Notes: generated by a model from the letters alone, not told the origin. 64,000 nucleotides of DNA from Vitrella brassicaformis CCMP3155 (GCA_001179505.1 CDMY01000320.1:58750-122749), one strand, 5' to 3'. Shown: positions 25,037 through 37,946, numbered from the stretch's first letter. Program-made: numbers and translations.

Positions 25037-25700
25037 ATGGGTGTTGGTCCGAGCGTGCCGAGACCTCCGGATCTGTATGAGAATGAGAGGGAGTTTGACC
25101 CCGACGAGACATACCTCCGTGTGCGTGCAGCCCTCGCCCGCCTCAATCGGTCGTGGGAGCTGCAGCCAAGAGGCCGCGTGTGCAGCATCCAGCGACTGAG
25201 CGACGAGGAGATAGAGGAGCTCGCCGGCTGGCTCGATAAAGACTCCAACCGTGTCGACCCCGACCACAAGGAGGAGTTCAAGGACAAGGCGCAGGAGTAC
25301 GCCGACCGGGCAGATGCCCTCCACCGGCAGTGGATGGTGTGGGTCTGGGGCGAGAAGACCGTCCAGTAAGCATGACACACACAGACACACACGACAGCCA
25401 GAAAGTAGCACGCCCTTCACACCACGTGTGTGTCCCCCCTGCTGGTTGTGTCATGAATGCAGGAAGCTCGAGCGTGACGTCCCAGAAGACGTCTTCGACC
25501 TGGCGCCTTCGGCGACACTTCAAACATGGACCCCGACGCCCCCCCTCCTCAGCCCACGGGGCAGCCGTCGGCACCTGCACACACGGCCTCTCAGGCGGGG
25601 AACGGCACGGTCACTGTCGGGGTGCCTCCACCTTCGAGGGCGCCGCTGCTGCAGTACGCACCGCAGTCCTACCAGAACTACTGCTCACTCTCGTGAGGTC
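25037..25700 (+). pseudogene. Inverted-duplicate arm A of an unknown MGxxxS-starting gene; frameshifted in exon 2
   Basis: MGVGPSVPRPPDLYENEREFDPDETYLRVRAALARLNRSWELQ..WVWGEKTVQ; intron ~25366-25462; ctggcgcc versus ctgggcgcc in arm B is a 1-nt deletion at ~25502. Confidence 0.65.
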
Positions 25701-26099
25701 GCGGGCCAGTTTGCTATGTGTGTGGTTCATAGGGGGGTTGATGCATTTTTCGTATCCCTGGTGGTAGATAGATTCATGAGTTATTGGATGGGGAGCGCAG
25801 CAGAGTGGTCAGCTATGACTTGCCATGGAGACACATACGAGATTCGATGTATTTGAACCATCAATCACTCAGCGGTTGAGAAGCTGCGCAGCAAGGCTGC
25901 GTGTCTGTCTGTTGCGTTGGCGCGTAGTGCGAGTACGTGTGTGCCAGGCGGGCGGTCAGGATGGTGCTGGTATGCGACCTCACACGACCATCAGCAAGCT
26001 GCAATGAATGCCAGACGGACAAGCACAAAGATGACTGTTTCGTGTATGCTGAGTGTGTGCACACTTCACTGGACTGACCTGCTCCGTGTCAGCGGCAAC

Positions 26100-27159
26100 C
26101 TGTTTGCATGACTGTGTGTACGACGGCCACGAACAGACAGACAGAACACGCACGCACAACCTACGGACGTAAGTAAATTCTTCCTGTCCCTCTCCTCGGA
26201 CAGGGCTGGAGAGACCGATACACACGCACACAGACGGAGATGGACTGAATGCCAGGGGACCACAGAGTAGCGAGTGCCTGTGGGCGCGTACCTGATTCGA
26301 CATATCGTCATGTCGGCCCTCGAGCTGCTGGGGTCACTCTGCCGCGCTCCTTATCCACTGAATCAATACGAAACATGCACCAATCCCCCCGTCTCACATA
26401 AACGACACCCTCTCGGCAGCAGGATCTGTGAGCCCCGCTGTTTGGCAGGCTGCGGTGCGGACTCCACGAGCGGCACACTCGAAGGTGATGGCACCCCGAT
26501 GGTGAGCGTATCGTTCCCCGCCTGAGAGGCCGTCTGTGCAGGTGCCGGCCGCTGCACCGTGGGCTGAGGAGGGGGCCTTACCCTTACCCGTCTCCACCAC
26601 TCAGGAGGAGGAGGAGGTACCGGCAGCTGCGCCGTAGGCTAAGTAGGGGGAGCGTCGGGGTCCTCCATGTTTGAAGTGTCGCCGAAGGCGCCCAGCGGGA
26701 TGGCGTCTTCTGAGAAATCACGCTCCAGCCTCCTGCATTCATGACACAACAAGCAGGAGGGACCCACAGGTGGTGTGAAGTGTGTGCTACCTGTCTGGCT
26801 GTGGTGTGTGTCTGTGTGTTGCATGCTTACTGGACGGTCTTCTCGCCCCAAACCCACACCAGCCATTGCCGGTGGAGGGCAGCTGACCGGTCGGCGTACT
26901 CCTGCGCCTTGTCCTTGAACTCCTTCTTGTGGTCGGGGTGGACGCGGTTGGAGTCGCCGTCGAGCCAGCCGGCGAGTTCTTCTATCTCTTCGTCGCTCAG
27001 TCGCTGGATGCTGCACACGCGGCCTCTTGGTTGCAGCTCCCATGACCGATTGAGGCGGGCGAGGGCTGCACGCACACGGAGGTATGTCTCGTCGGGGTCA
27101 AACTCCCTCTCATTCTCATACAGATCCGGAGGTCTCGGCACGCTCGGACCAACACCCAT
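26100..27159 (-). pseudogene. Inverted-duplicate arm B of the same gene; in-frame TAG in exon 2, with further candidate exons running into the spacer
   Basis: ORF 26827-27159 is near-identical to arm A. TAG at 26639-26641 where arm A has CAG; ~66 nt extra sequence; additional GT-AG flanked blocks towards ~26100. Confidence 0.6.
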
Positions 27160-27227
27160 CGAGGCAGACGCAGATCACCAGCAGCGATGCAGATCGATCA
27201 GCGATTTCTGTGTATTGAAGTGCTTCT

Positions 27228-30200
27228 GTGAAACGCTTTAAGAGCTGGCTTAGCTCGCGTTGTCGTCGTATGGGATCAAAGATGTCAACAGGAGACGTTC
27301 AGCAGCTTCCTACAGGCGGCCCGCCACAGCTGCGTGACGTGCAGCCCGGCGCTCATCCTCAGGAGCGAGATGCGGACCACCAGCAAGAGACCCCTGCTGC
27401 TCCACCGGCCGTCAAGCTCCCAACCGCAGCAGCAGCGGCAGCAGGCGAGCACGATGAGCAAGAGCAGGCCGGCAAGAAAACGACGGACCCGCCAGCATCC
27501 TCCGCCACCAAGGGCGATGACGGCATGACCCACCTCCCACACACCTCTCTGGAGATGCCCAGGCGAGACGACCTCCCTGCACAGCCCGGCGGAGCACCAC
27601 CAGCAGCAGCAGCCCCAGAGTCTCCGTCGTCCAGTGCGCATCAACACCAGCAACAACCGCAGGAGCAACAGCAACAGGCGGGTCCATCGCAGGCGGCGGA
27701 GTCCATCGACAAGCGGGAGCAGGAGCTGACGCCCAGGAAGGCGGAGAAGGTCGGAAAGAAGCTGCTCCGGAATGCGGACAAGGTTGCGCGGCGGAATGGG
27801 ATGGTGGCTGTGCCCTACATCCGGTTCGACATAGGGCCGCCGCCCACCTACGTGTGCCAGCCGCCAGGTGCGGAGATTGCCAGGTGCTTCCCTGCAACGG
27901 CGCACACCACCAATGCCGTGAAAGGCGCCATGTGCAAGGGACTGGCGTACCTGAGCGACTACATGGACGGACAGCAGGAGAAAGGGCGAGAGAAAACGAC
28001 CGGGTCAGAGCTGGGGCCGGGCGAGGGAGAGGGGGAGTGGATGGACGGCGCCGGCAAGGACAGCGACAGCGAGGCAACCGACGAAGAGGACAAGCCGAGA
28101 AAGAAGAAGCGTGGCGCCGGCGAGCTGACCGACGCCGAGACTGCCAAGTTGGGGGGGGAGATCCTCAGCTACCTCGCCGACCGTCGGCTCATCAAGTGGG
28201 TGCCCAAGCAGCTGGCCTACATGGTGGCCAGCCGGTCGTTCCCGTGCGAGGAGCGCAGCCAGCATGGCGTGAGCAGTGCCCTCGGCCAAGCTTTGGTGGC
28301 GAGGCGGCAGATGTACCCGACCATCAAGTTCTTGTCGCAGGGCCAGGCGGGCGAGTACATGGCGCTGGTGGGGGGTGGCGAGAGTAGCGATGAGGACTCT
28401 GACAAGGATGAGCAGGGGGAGGTGGAGAGTGCTGACGGAGACAGCGACCGGCCTGCTGGGGGCGACAAGGGGAGGTACGTATGCACACATGGGACGGGAT
28501 TGAATAAATGGACGGCGGGCTCTTTATGATGTGTTTGTGTGTTTCGGTATGTGGGTGTTGTGTCTGCAGGTGTGGTTCTGGTGGTGGGATACCGGATGAC
28601 GCCATGGAAGGAGCTGAGGTCCGCAGACACAAAACAGACCAAAGATATTTTCCAACCGCACCCGCCCCACTGTCGATGTGTGTGTTGTTCTTACAGCTGT
28701 CCCGACCTCTCCCCGTTCCCAAGCGCAAGCGCACCGGTGCCATGCCCCCTCACGCTCCCCCTCTCCCCCTCTCGTCGAATGATGAGCCCGCACCCGACGC
28801 ACAAGACCCCACACCCGAGGCGATCCATCCCACGTCGGCCATCGTCGCCATGACCTCCCCCAACGGCCATGCTCCCGACAAGGAAGCCAACCAGCCCGAG
28901 GAAGACGACAGCGAGACCGACGAGGACATCCGCCGCCCCCGCAAGCAGCGGCGGCCGAAACGCCGCATCGCCGACGGCTCTCTCGACCTATCCCTTCTGC
29001 CCCGGCAGGCACCCAACGCAGGAGTGTCGCCCGAGGACGATGAGCCTCTCGCTGAGCGGCTCAAGAAGACCAAAGCTGAGAGGAGCCCGCGCGAGGCGAG
29101 CAACGACACTCGTGGTGGTGGTGTGGGTGAGAAGGGCGAGACGGGCAGCACACCAGGGGGGCGGCAGAGGTCGCGCGTGGCGCCTGGCGTGCCGTGGGAC
29201 ATGCAGGGGGACTCGATGGCCCTTGGCGGCACCCTGTACACCACCCTGGGACAGGCCCGCGTTCGCAGGAGCGGGCGGGTCTTCGCGCACAAGCAGCAGC
29301 AGCCTGGCGCGGAGCCCTCAAACGCATCGGCCAGTGTGTCGGGGGCAGGAGGAGGGGGCGGGGGAGGGGGCGGGGGAGGNNNNNNNNNNNNNNNNNNNNN
29401 NNNNNNNNNNNNNNNNNNNNNNNNNNNNNNNNNNNNNNNNNNNNNNNNNNNNNNNNNNNNNNNNNNNNNNNNNNNNNNNNNNNNNNNNNNNNNNNNNNNN
29501 NNNNNNNNNNNNNNNNNNNNNNNNNNNNNNNNNNNNNNNNNNNNNNNNNNNNNNNNNNNNNNNNNNNNNNNNNNNNNNNNNNNNNNNNNNNNNNNNNNNN
29601 NNNNNNNNNNNNNNNNNNNNNNNNNNNNNNNNNNNNNNNNNNNNNNNNNNNNNNNNNNNNNNNNNNNNNNNNNNNNNNNAGGTGGGGGCAGTAGCGCGGC
29701 GGGTGGGCCGAGGCGGCCCATGTCTGTGCGGCTTTTGGAGAGCTCCATGTGGCAGCTGGTGCACGAGAGTCCGCGTGTGAGTGAGGCCAAGAGGCTGGGG
29801 GAGGGGGAGGTGTTCACCTGCCCCCAAGCGCAGCACGGGACCGAGTATGAGGTGGATGTGCTCTTGGCCATCAAGCTGAGGCCGGGCAAGGTGTGCTTCG
29901 ATGAGAGTGGGGTGCCGGACCTCTCGGCGTTCCTGTACCTCATCCGATGGAAGCACTGGCCGCCTGATCATGACGAATGGGGTAGGGAACACGACAAGAG
30001 AGAGAAGGACACTGCTTGCTGGTGTGTGGTCACAAACATATCACTGGTTTCTTTCTTTCTTTCTCTCTCTCGTTCCTTGTGTGGTTGTCTGGTATGTATG
30101 TGCAGAGAGGCACACTTCCCTCGCGGGCAGCGTGCTCAAGCGGGAGGCGGCCAGGCTGCGGGTAAGCAAGGCGTAGTTCCCGGCACAGCTGATATGTGTG

Positions 30201-30363
30201 TGAACCTATACTGTCTGTCTGTGTCTGTGTCTGTTAGCGTGAGTGGGTTGAGAAGCATGGCGAGGCCTTCAAAGAGCTGCTCCGCGCCAGAGGCATCGAT
30301 ATCGCAGTCGACGACGGCAGTGGTAGTGGCAGTGGGGGGCAGGCCGCCTCAGCCGCCACATAG
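27228..30363 (+). CDS. AP2-like (x2) plus chromodomain protein (cluster gene 1), interrupted by an assembly gap
   Basis: AP2-like VPYIRFDIGPPPTYVCQPPGAEIARCFPATAHTTNAVKGAMCKGLAYL (~27805-27960) and IKWVPKQLAYMVASRSFPCEERSQHGVSSALGQALVARR (~28190-28310). Chromo EYEVDVLLAIKLRP..FLYLIRWKHWPPDHDEW|ERHTSL (~29840-30130). Last exon REWVEKHGEAFKELLRARG..AT*, TAG 30361-30363. Confidence 0.7.
29380..29679. other. Assembly gap (300 N) inside a coding exon, flanked by G-rich tracts
   Basis: Run of N preceded by (GGGGGC/A)n. Confidence 0.99.
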
Positions 30364-30739
30364 ATCAGACACATAGGAGGGGAGTAGGGGGACCTGACTC
30401 AGTCGCTGGCTGGGTGATGGGTGCAGTGGGTGCAGTGGATGGGTGGGTGTGGTGTGCTTAGACAGCGACAGAGAGGAGGGAGGGGGGGGATGGAGAGGGG
30501 GGGGGGGGGGGGGGGGGTGTGCTACGTGCATTTGTATACCAATCGACGCATCCAGTGATGCGTATGTATCTGGAGCAGCGGACACACTCACGCAGCGCCT
30601 CTTAGCATGTCGATGTGGTTTAAGTCCGTTCATCTAGCCACATTTCTAATTCATATGCTAACTCGCCATTCATTTGTGTGCACACGGCTCACCCACTCAC
30701 TGACTCAGCGAACCTTTTTCTCTCTACTCAGTGACACAC

Positions 30740-32427
30740 CCTTTCTACACATGCATACGGTGGCTGTCGTGTGTGCATCTGCCTTTGAAATTTGCCGGGA
30801 GACACAAGTATCTGAACCACACACAGAGGGGGCAACAAAGGAGGAATCGAATGTCTGTGCGTGTGTGTGTGTGTGTGTACCTCTGGTGGAGTGCCCCCCT
30901 CCTCCAGTTGGGACACTGCATACGTCGCGCTGGCCGGCACAGAGCCGTCCTGCAGAGAAAATGAAGAGAGCTGTCCTCTCTTTGACTGTGTGCGTGTGCA
31001 CGTGTGACTGGTTGACCTGATTGTAACGTTGAAAAGCCCCTGCGCCGACATCTGCGGACTTGATGGTGCCCTTCTTGTCAACAAGCTGCAGCGACCAGAC
31101 AGAGCAGGCAGTGGGTATGCATTCACCCATTCCTCTGTTTGTGCACCTGTTACTGCATACCCACCCACCGGCTGGCGCCGTTCTCACTCATCGCCCCTGT
31201 CTCGCCGAGGTGGTCGCGCTGTGTGCGCCATCATGCAAATTCTCGTAGTGATACACTGTAGGCCTGCATATCACGGACACACAAACAGACATGTGGATGA
31301 CCCGCTCTGAACTTCTGCTAGCTACATGGATGGATGGATGGATGTATTCATACCATGTCGAGTGAAGCATGGTATGAATACTCACTGAGATGTCGAATGA
31401 TGTCATCCTTGTTGCGTACTGAGTAAGCCACTTTTGTCAGCTTCGTGCCGCACCCTGAAACCTGCGCCGTCGCTTCCAGGTAGGCACCCATGTCGAGTAG
31501 TGACGGAAGTTGCTTTCTCTCCGGTACTTCAGCATATAAAACGTACGCAGCGATGGGCCTGCACACCATAGAAGAAAACAAAGAGGGACAAACGAAGGCC
31601 TCTTTGAGAGACATGGCGCCCGCTCCCACCTTTGATCACCCTTTGTCTCCGGCTGATCGATACAAAGAAAATGGAGGCGCCCCGGCTGGCAACACAAGAC
31701 AGCTACGTGTGTTGAGGGCCATGTCGTCCTTTACCACTTGGCGTAGAGGGTCGGAAAAGCCGTCTGAACCTGCCACCGCACAGCCACGCGCCACAGACCG
31801 GTGTTCATTCTTCAAGGGGGGAGGGGAGGGAGGGAGGGAGGGAGGGAGGGAGGGGAGGGCTGCTCACCCTGTCCATTCGTTTTTCCTCCTCATCATCGTC
31901 GTCCTCGTAGTCGGAGACGCTCCCTCTTTTTCTCCCTCTCCGTCTCCCTCTCCGTCTCACGTCGGACTCCATCTTTCTCTGCTCCTTATGGTCGTCGTCC
32001 TCGTTGTCTGAAACGTTGTCGGAAGCCGAAATTGCACCGTGGCGTCATCCTCGGCTTCCTTCTTGCTGCGGGTGTTCTTGCGCAGCTCGATGCCCCACTC
32101 CCACCCAGGCATGACCGGCTTCAGCCTCTGCTGGCTCGATTGGGGTTGCTGCTCTTCCTGCGCTCCCTCCTCTCCGTCTCCCTGTCCCTCTTCTTCTCTT
32201 CCTCCGTCTCCATATATATAAGCGGCTTCTGCATCCCGCTTCAGCCGGTCGCGGGAAGGAGCACGGGCTGCACGGCTGCGATTGAGGTTGCTGCTCTTCA
32301 TGCGCTCCCTCCTCTCCCTCTCCCTGGCCCTCTTCTTCTCGCTCTCCCTCTCTTCATCGTCGTCGTCCTCCTCGTCTGAGACGTTTGTCAGTGGACCAAA
32401 GTTGCACCGCAGCTTGTCCATACTCAT
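30740..32427 (-). pseudogene. Spliced, probably decayed gene related to cluster gene 2 (acidic/basic low complexity, weak chromo-like segment)
   Basis: ORF 31957-32427 carries RLKPVMPGWEWGIELRKNTRSKKE, shared with 32574+. The internal duplication CNFG..NVSD.EDDD is out of frame at ~32030. Downstream GT-AG flanked blocks include FYMLKYRRESNFRHYSTWVP (chromo-like STWxP), LVDKKGTIKSADVG and DGSVPASATYAVSQLEEGG. Confidence 0.4.
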
Positions 32428-32573
32428 TGCAGAGCGGCCTCAGTGCGGCCTGCTGCGATTGATAGAGCGGCCGGAAAGTACAGACCTTCCTTTTTAAATT
32501 CATTTGTTTGTCTCTGTCTCTGTCTTATTTGGGGTGGGGGCTCGCGTGAAACGCTTTCCGTCGGAAACTGAGG

Positions 32574-35445
32574 ATGCAGCGCCACAGGCTCAAACCAATC
32601 CCTGGGTGGGAGTGGGGAATCGAGCTGCGGAAGAATACTCGCAGGAAGAAGGAGGAGATGAGCAAGTGGGACGGGTTTGCAAAGGAACTGATCGAGAAGG
32701 AGCAAGAAGCAATGCAGACCAAGGGGCTGAAGGACGGGGGCGCGGCAGGGATCAAATGGGACGGAAAGAAACAGGAGTTTCAGGTAGATACACTCACACA
32801 ACATCGCGCTGTGTGGGAAGGAAAGAGAGAGACCACTGTCTCTGTCTGTGTTGGTCTGTATGTCCGTCTCCATGAGTCAGGTCATCACACCCCTCAAGAG
32901 GGGCTGCAGCAACGCCTACTTCTTCGCCCCGTCCCACCTGGACGAGCAGGGCATCCAGGAGGCCTTCAAACTCGCCTCGGCATGCCGCAACCACCACACC
33001 AAACCACCCAAGGAGCCAATGGCCAATGGACGTACGCAAAAAGACAGGGGATACATAAGGGGTCACTTGTTGGATGGATGGATGGATGGATGTGTGTGTA
33101 TGCATCGTGTTTCCAGGGCTCAACAAGAGTGAGACCATCACGCCCGCATCCCCGCCCCCACCTCCACCTGCCCCACTCCTGCCCGCCGGCTTTGGCGACG
33201 GCGGATTCATTCCGTTCAAGAAGGAGACAGGCGACGATCGCCTCGACGAGCGCCTCGACGACCCCCCTCCGCGTCCGCCCCCCTGTCCACCCGTGATGTC
33301 TGCGTTTGACCGTCTGGTGGAGTACGTCAAGACCCTCTCACCGGCCCCGACCCCTCCACCCGAGGAGCATCCCTTCCAGTCCATGATGGCCCCGCACCTC
33401 GACCCCCATGTGCGTGTCCGTGAGGGCGCGGGTGACGTGAGATCGTATCGCATGAAGGACGAGGAGGGAAATGACGATATGGGCGACGGCGAGGGGGAGG
33501 GCGAGGGCGAGGGGGAGGGGGAGGGGGAGGAGGAGTGGATGCCCCTCGGCCCGAACAGCAGAGGCGGGGGCCGCCGTGCCAGTGCTAGTAGGTCGGGACA
33601 GTCGCAGCCCAAGGTGGGCAAGACCAGGTCGGACGAGACGGGGGACATGTCTGTGGTTGGTGGTCTGGAGGATGATGGGGGCAAGAAGGCCCGCCGTGAC
33701 AAGAACCGACGCTTCTGGCTGCCCCAGACCTCCCATGCAGACGAGGACGACTTCCCCGAGCACAACCACCAGAAGCAGAAGCCCCGCCGCCGCCCATCCA
33801 TCAACCACTCCAACAACACACTCGACGGCGAGGAGCAGGACAGCATCATCGAGGGCTCAGGCGGAGACGGCAAGCCACGCAACGAGCCCCTCAAACTCCC
33901 CACCGACCCCGACGCAGCCAAGGAGCTCAAGGACACGCTGTGGGCGGCGTACGAGCGCCTCAAGCGTGAGAGGGACGCCAGATACATCACGTTCAACACC
34001 CGCTGGTTTGCTCTCCTGCTCCGTGTGCCGGGCTGCCGGGATGTGAGGCGCCGCGTCATGACGGTCGCTGACATGGAGGTCGCATTCGACGAGCACCTCG
34101 CCCTGCGTCAGGAGCTCTTCGAGCGTCTGCAGGGTACCCGGAAGGACAAGGATGGGGCGACTGTGGTGCGGCGGGCCAGCAAGGGCGCACTCTCGTCTCG
34201 CATGCAGAGTAGTGAGGATATGGAGATTGATGGGTTGGGGGCGGGATTGGGGCTGGGGCTGGGGCTGCCTGACGGAGACGTGAAGATGGAGTTGCCTGAG
34301 GTTGGTGTGGGCCGGAAGGACACGGTGGACACCGATGAGGGGCAGGCTGCCATGATGATGAGCATGGAGGAGGGGGAGGGATTCGCCGGAAGAGAGATGA
34401 AGAACGGAAGAGGTGCGCCGCTGTGGGCAGACAGAGAGAGACATGACTGGGGCAAGGTGTCCATCCATCGCTTTGCCGTCTCTGTGTGTGTGTGTGTGCA
34501 GGCTCAACCAAGCGCACATTCGACATGTCGCCGCATTCATCGAAGGTACATACGTGAGCCCGTCCCTGAGTTGAGTCTGTGAAGCTTGCACCACTATCCA
34601 CGTGTATCTATCTATTGGTGTGTCTGGACGGACGGATGGCATACATAGCAGAACGAGAAGGAGGTTGGCGAGCCGTGCGTGCCGTCCCGACCCAAGAAGA
34701 GCCGCCACAGGTCACCCTCGCCGCGCTCGCCCAACAACGCCAACACACACAGCACCAACGCACCCAACAACTTCACTTCTTTCGACGACCCTGCCGTTCT
34801 GCAAAAGGTGGGCGGAGTGACCTGACCCCACACACATAGCATAAGAAGCGAGAGAGATGCGCTGCATGTCTCTCTCTCTCCCTCTGTGTGTGTGTCCATT
34901 GCAGGCCTGGAACCCTGTATACCTCCGTGACGAGCCCCCCATGTACTCGACCGAAGGTGAGTGAGGTGGGAGACGGGCACATCCAAGGACTCACTTCACA
35001 AGGCATTTGTTGTCTGTCGGTGTGGATGTGTCTCGACACACCGGGACAGCATGCCTGAGCCCCCGCCGCGTGACGTCGCTCAAGAAGATCAAACGCAGCG
35101 GCCGATTCCTCAACATCTTCCTCGTCCAGTGGTGGGTCATCCAGACCACCCAGGTTCACGCGGGTGTATTGTATGTCTCTTCGTGTGTCTAGGTGCGGCT
35201 ACCAGAGTTCTGGTGTGGTCCCGCCGCCCTCGTGGCTGTCGGAGGCCGTGCTCGACGAGCGATACCCCAGACTCGTCAAAGAATACTACAAGAACCGACG
35301 AGTGTGTGAGCGGAGGGATGGGGCGGAGGGGATGATCCATTCTACTGACGCGAATGAACGTGTGTCTGTCTGTGTGTGTGTGTGTCTCCCCTTGGTGTCT
35401 GCCTTTGGTGCAGCCGAAAGGGAGTGTGGTGCCGCCCACGGCTGA
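32574..35445 (+). CDS. AP2-like (x2) plus chromodomain protein (cluster gene 2)
   Basis: AP2-like GIKWDGKKQEFQ|VITPLKRGCSNAYFFAPSHLDEQGIQEAFKLASACRN (32746-32995, intron 32784-32880) and RYITFNTRWFALLLRVPGCRDVRRRVMTVADMEVAFDEHLALRQEL (~33978-34120). Chromo VTSLKKIKRSGRFLNIFLVQW|CGYQSSGVVPPPSWLSEAVLDERYPRLVKEYY (~35070-35290). Confidence 0.7.
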
Positions 35446-35733
35446 GGAGACCTACCTGCAGACGATAATGGAGCACAGTGCCTGAGCTGAGTGGAGGAAG
35501 AGATGGATAGATAGAATGACCGACCGACCGACAGACCAGATGGCGAACATCCATGGCTGTATGTATACAGACGTAGATACACACACGTGCCTCCGTTTAG
35601 AGGAGTGCGAGGGGCATTCAATGGTACGTGCTGATGGAAAATCTATTGACTTGAACGGCACAGAGGATACTCACGCTTAAGCATCTCCGCCATGGGTTTA
35701 GATGGTCCGCAAAGAAGCCTCCCTCTCTGCCTG

Positions 35734-35945
35734 TCTCTGTTTGGCATTCTGGTGGTGCGCGTGTCTGTCATTGCCCGTGTGGAGCGGCATCGACCGGCTT
35801 TGATGAAAGCCACTCGACACAGCTCCAAGGCTGGCTCGACAGGCTCAACGCACCAGCAGAAGTGCCCCACCGCCACACTGCACACGGATGAAGGGACGGG
35901 TGGGCGGATGGGATGAGTCAGACACACAGACAGTCACCAGTCACA
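35734..35945 (+). repeat. ~210 bp non-coding direct repeat, copy 1
   Basis: ggcattctggtgg.gcgcgtgtctgtcat..gctttgatg.aagccactcgaca..gacaggctcaacgcaccagcagaagtgccc..cacactgcacacggatgaagggacgggtgg, also present at 39601-39810. Confidence 0.9.
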
Positions 35946-36486
35946 CCTTCACACATGCCTACAGCCATCGGCACGCAAGAGCGAGGAGAGCCGCCCATTC
36001 GACTCACTCACTCACACACAAGAGATGACACCCCACAGGCGAGCAGCCTGCAGGCGAACAACACTTACACACAGCTCGTCAGTGCCGATGTCCGGCCAAG
36101 CAAGGGACTCTGCCTGCCTGCCTGCCTGCCTCCTCCCGTATCGACAAGTAGCTAGGTAGCAGCAAGAACAGCACAACCAACACAACACACCACACGGACC
36201 CACGGGCCTCCCTCCCTAGATAGTCAGGTCGCAAACTCAGTAAGGGAGAACTACTTGATTAAGGCATGCCCTTCTCGCTACATCGTGCGATCGAAAACGC
36301 ATGCACACACGCATCACATCCCATCGATGGGCGCGTTCTTTCATTCCAAATGCACTCACGCCCTCCCCCCTCCCTCCCCCCTCCCTCCCTCACAGCTGTG
36401 TGTACGCAGTACACACACACACACACACACACAGACACACAGGCACACGGAGCAATTTGCTCCACTGAAAATCCCCTCCCTCCCAG

Positions 36487-37946
36487 TCAGATGAAGCCGG
36501 CATACATGTCCAGAGGATTGACAGAGACCGTCTCGGGCCCATACACGAGGCAATCGACCACTGTTGACCAGAAAGGGGCGAGCACCACCAATTGCAAGGC
36601 AATCCACTGCCGCGACGTCATGAGCTTCCGGTGCTGCAGCGTCGCGCCAAGGAAGACGATCGCATTGGCAAGCGCCATGCCGAAGGCGGCGTGGTACAGG
36701 AGAATAGACTCCGCGGGGAAGGTGTCCAGCACTCGGTCGAGCCACTCTCTGCCCCCAACCAGCATGTTCCACAAGATCGGCGTGTGCAGCAGGTTGGGAT
36801 AAGACGCAATGCGATGAATGACCATCGACTCCAGGCGGGCCTCCGCAAAGGCGCCAGGGGTGCGGATCCGCCCCAAGGCGTATTTCGCTGAGATCATGGC
36901 CAAGTCGCTCTCCAATGCCCGCTCCGCGGTGTAGATGCCGCGCAGGATCATGAAGAGGAAGACGGCCCCAATGCCGTCGGTAGCCCACTCGAGCGACGGA
37001 GGGTAGAACCCTGACACCCACAGCGCCTCCCAGACGCCCAACAGCGTCATGCCGACCCCGAGCCCCTCGAACCCCTCAGACTTCGCAGGACTCATGTGTT
37101 TGCTCATCGGCGCACAGCTGACGCAGTTGAGCACCCCGACCAGCAGCAGCGCCACCGAAAGGGCGTCGGCTTGCCACAGGTCGTATGGCGAGGGCGGCGG
37201 GACGAGTTGCTGGAGGCCGAGGGAGGGGCCGACCATTTCCCAGAGGAACCACAGGCCCCCGAGCCCGATGTACGCGACACCGGAGATGGCGTGAATGTGC
37301 AGCCAGTCCATCCTCGTCCACAGGCGCCGCTTCACCTCCGCCCAGAATGAACGGGGGATGCGCTTGGGCGGGGGTGGCACTGGCACAGCTGCGGCAGCCG
37401 CAACGGTATAACCGGGGGGTCGATTGGCCTCCTCGTGTGCCTCCGCCTCGATGAGTGAAACATGCGCATGGGGGGCCACATCAGAGGTGCTGATGAGCAC
37501 CGGAGGGGCGACGACGGGCGACGGGCTGCTGGCGGGATGGAGAGACCCTGAGGAAGGCGACACAGTCTGGCGTCTGCAGCCAAGTGGACACACAGACAGC
37601 AGTGAATGAGTGAGTGCAATGTAGGTCTGTGTGCACGCCGGGCGGGGGAATGGACGGCTGCCGTGTGTGACAGACTGATCCATCGCGGGCGCGGCGCATG
37701 TACCTACCCGTTCGCACGACAGACAGATGGGGACGACACCGAAGAAGGCAGCGGCCTTTTCTTCTCTGTAAGTGGAAGCCTGCAAGCACATGTCAGGACA
37801 GACACTGCAGATCTCTTGCTTGGTGTTCTTGCTGAGTGAGGACCATACCGTGGGACTCGAGACCTTCGCGAGGGGGATGGTGGTGCCTCAAAGGCGGCAG
37901 CCGAAGCCAACAGGCAGAAAATCAATGACGACAGCAGGGCAAGCAT
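36487..37946 (-). CDS. Multi-pass membrane protein with signal peptide plus transit-like leader (probably plastid-targeted), family not recognised
   Basis: MLALLSSLIFCLLASAAA-FEAPPSPSRRSR (Phe at +1 after the predicted cleavage). Large exon with ~6-7 hydrophobic helices starting WLHIHAISGVAYIGLGGLWFLWE; stop at 36487. Confidence 0.7.

Larger units (their letters stand above)
25033..27164. repeat. Long inverted repeat: arms ~25033-25672 and ~26443-27164, spacer ~770 bp
   Basis: cctcgatgggtgttggtccgagcgtgccgagacctccggatctgtatgagaatgag at 25032 is the reverse complement of 27110-27164; homology includes the intron and continues to gcaccgcag. Confidence 0.95.

Noticed and set aside
28508-30376. 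Long ORFs spanning the N-runs (also 43030-44793 and 51825-52288)
   Set aside because: Their apparent length is an artefact of translating N as X.
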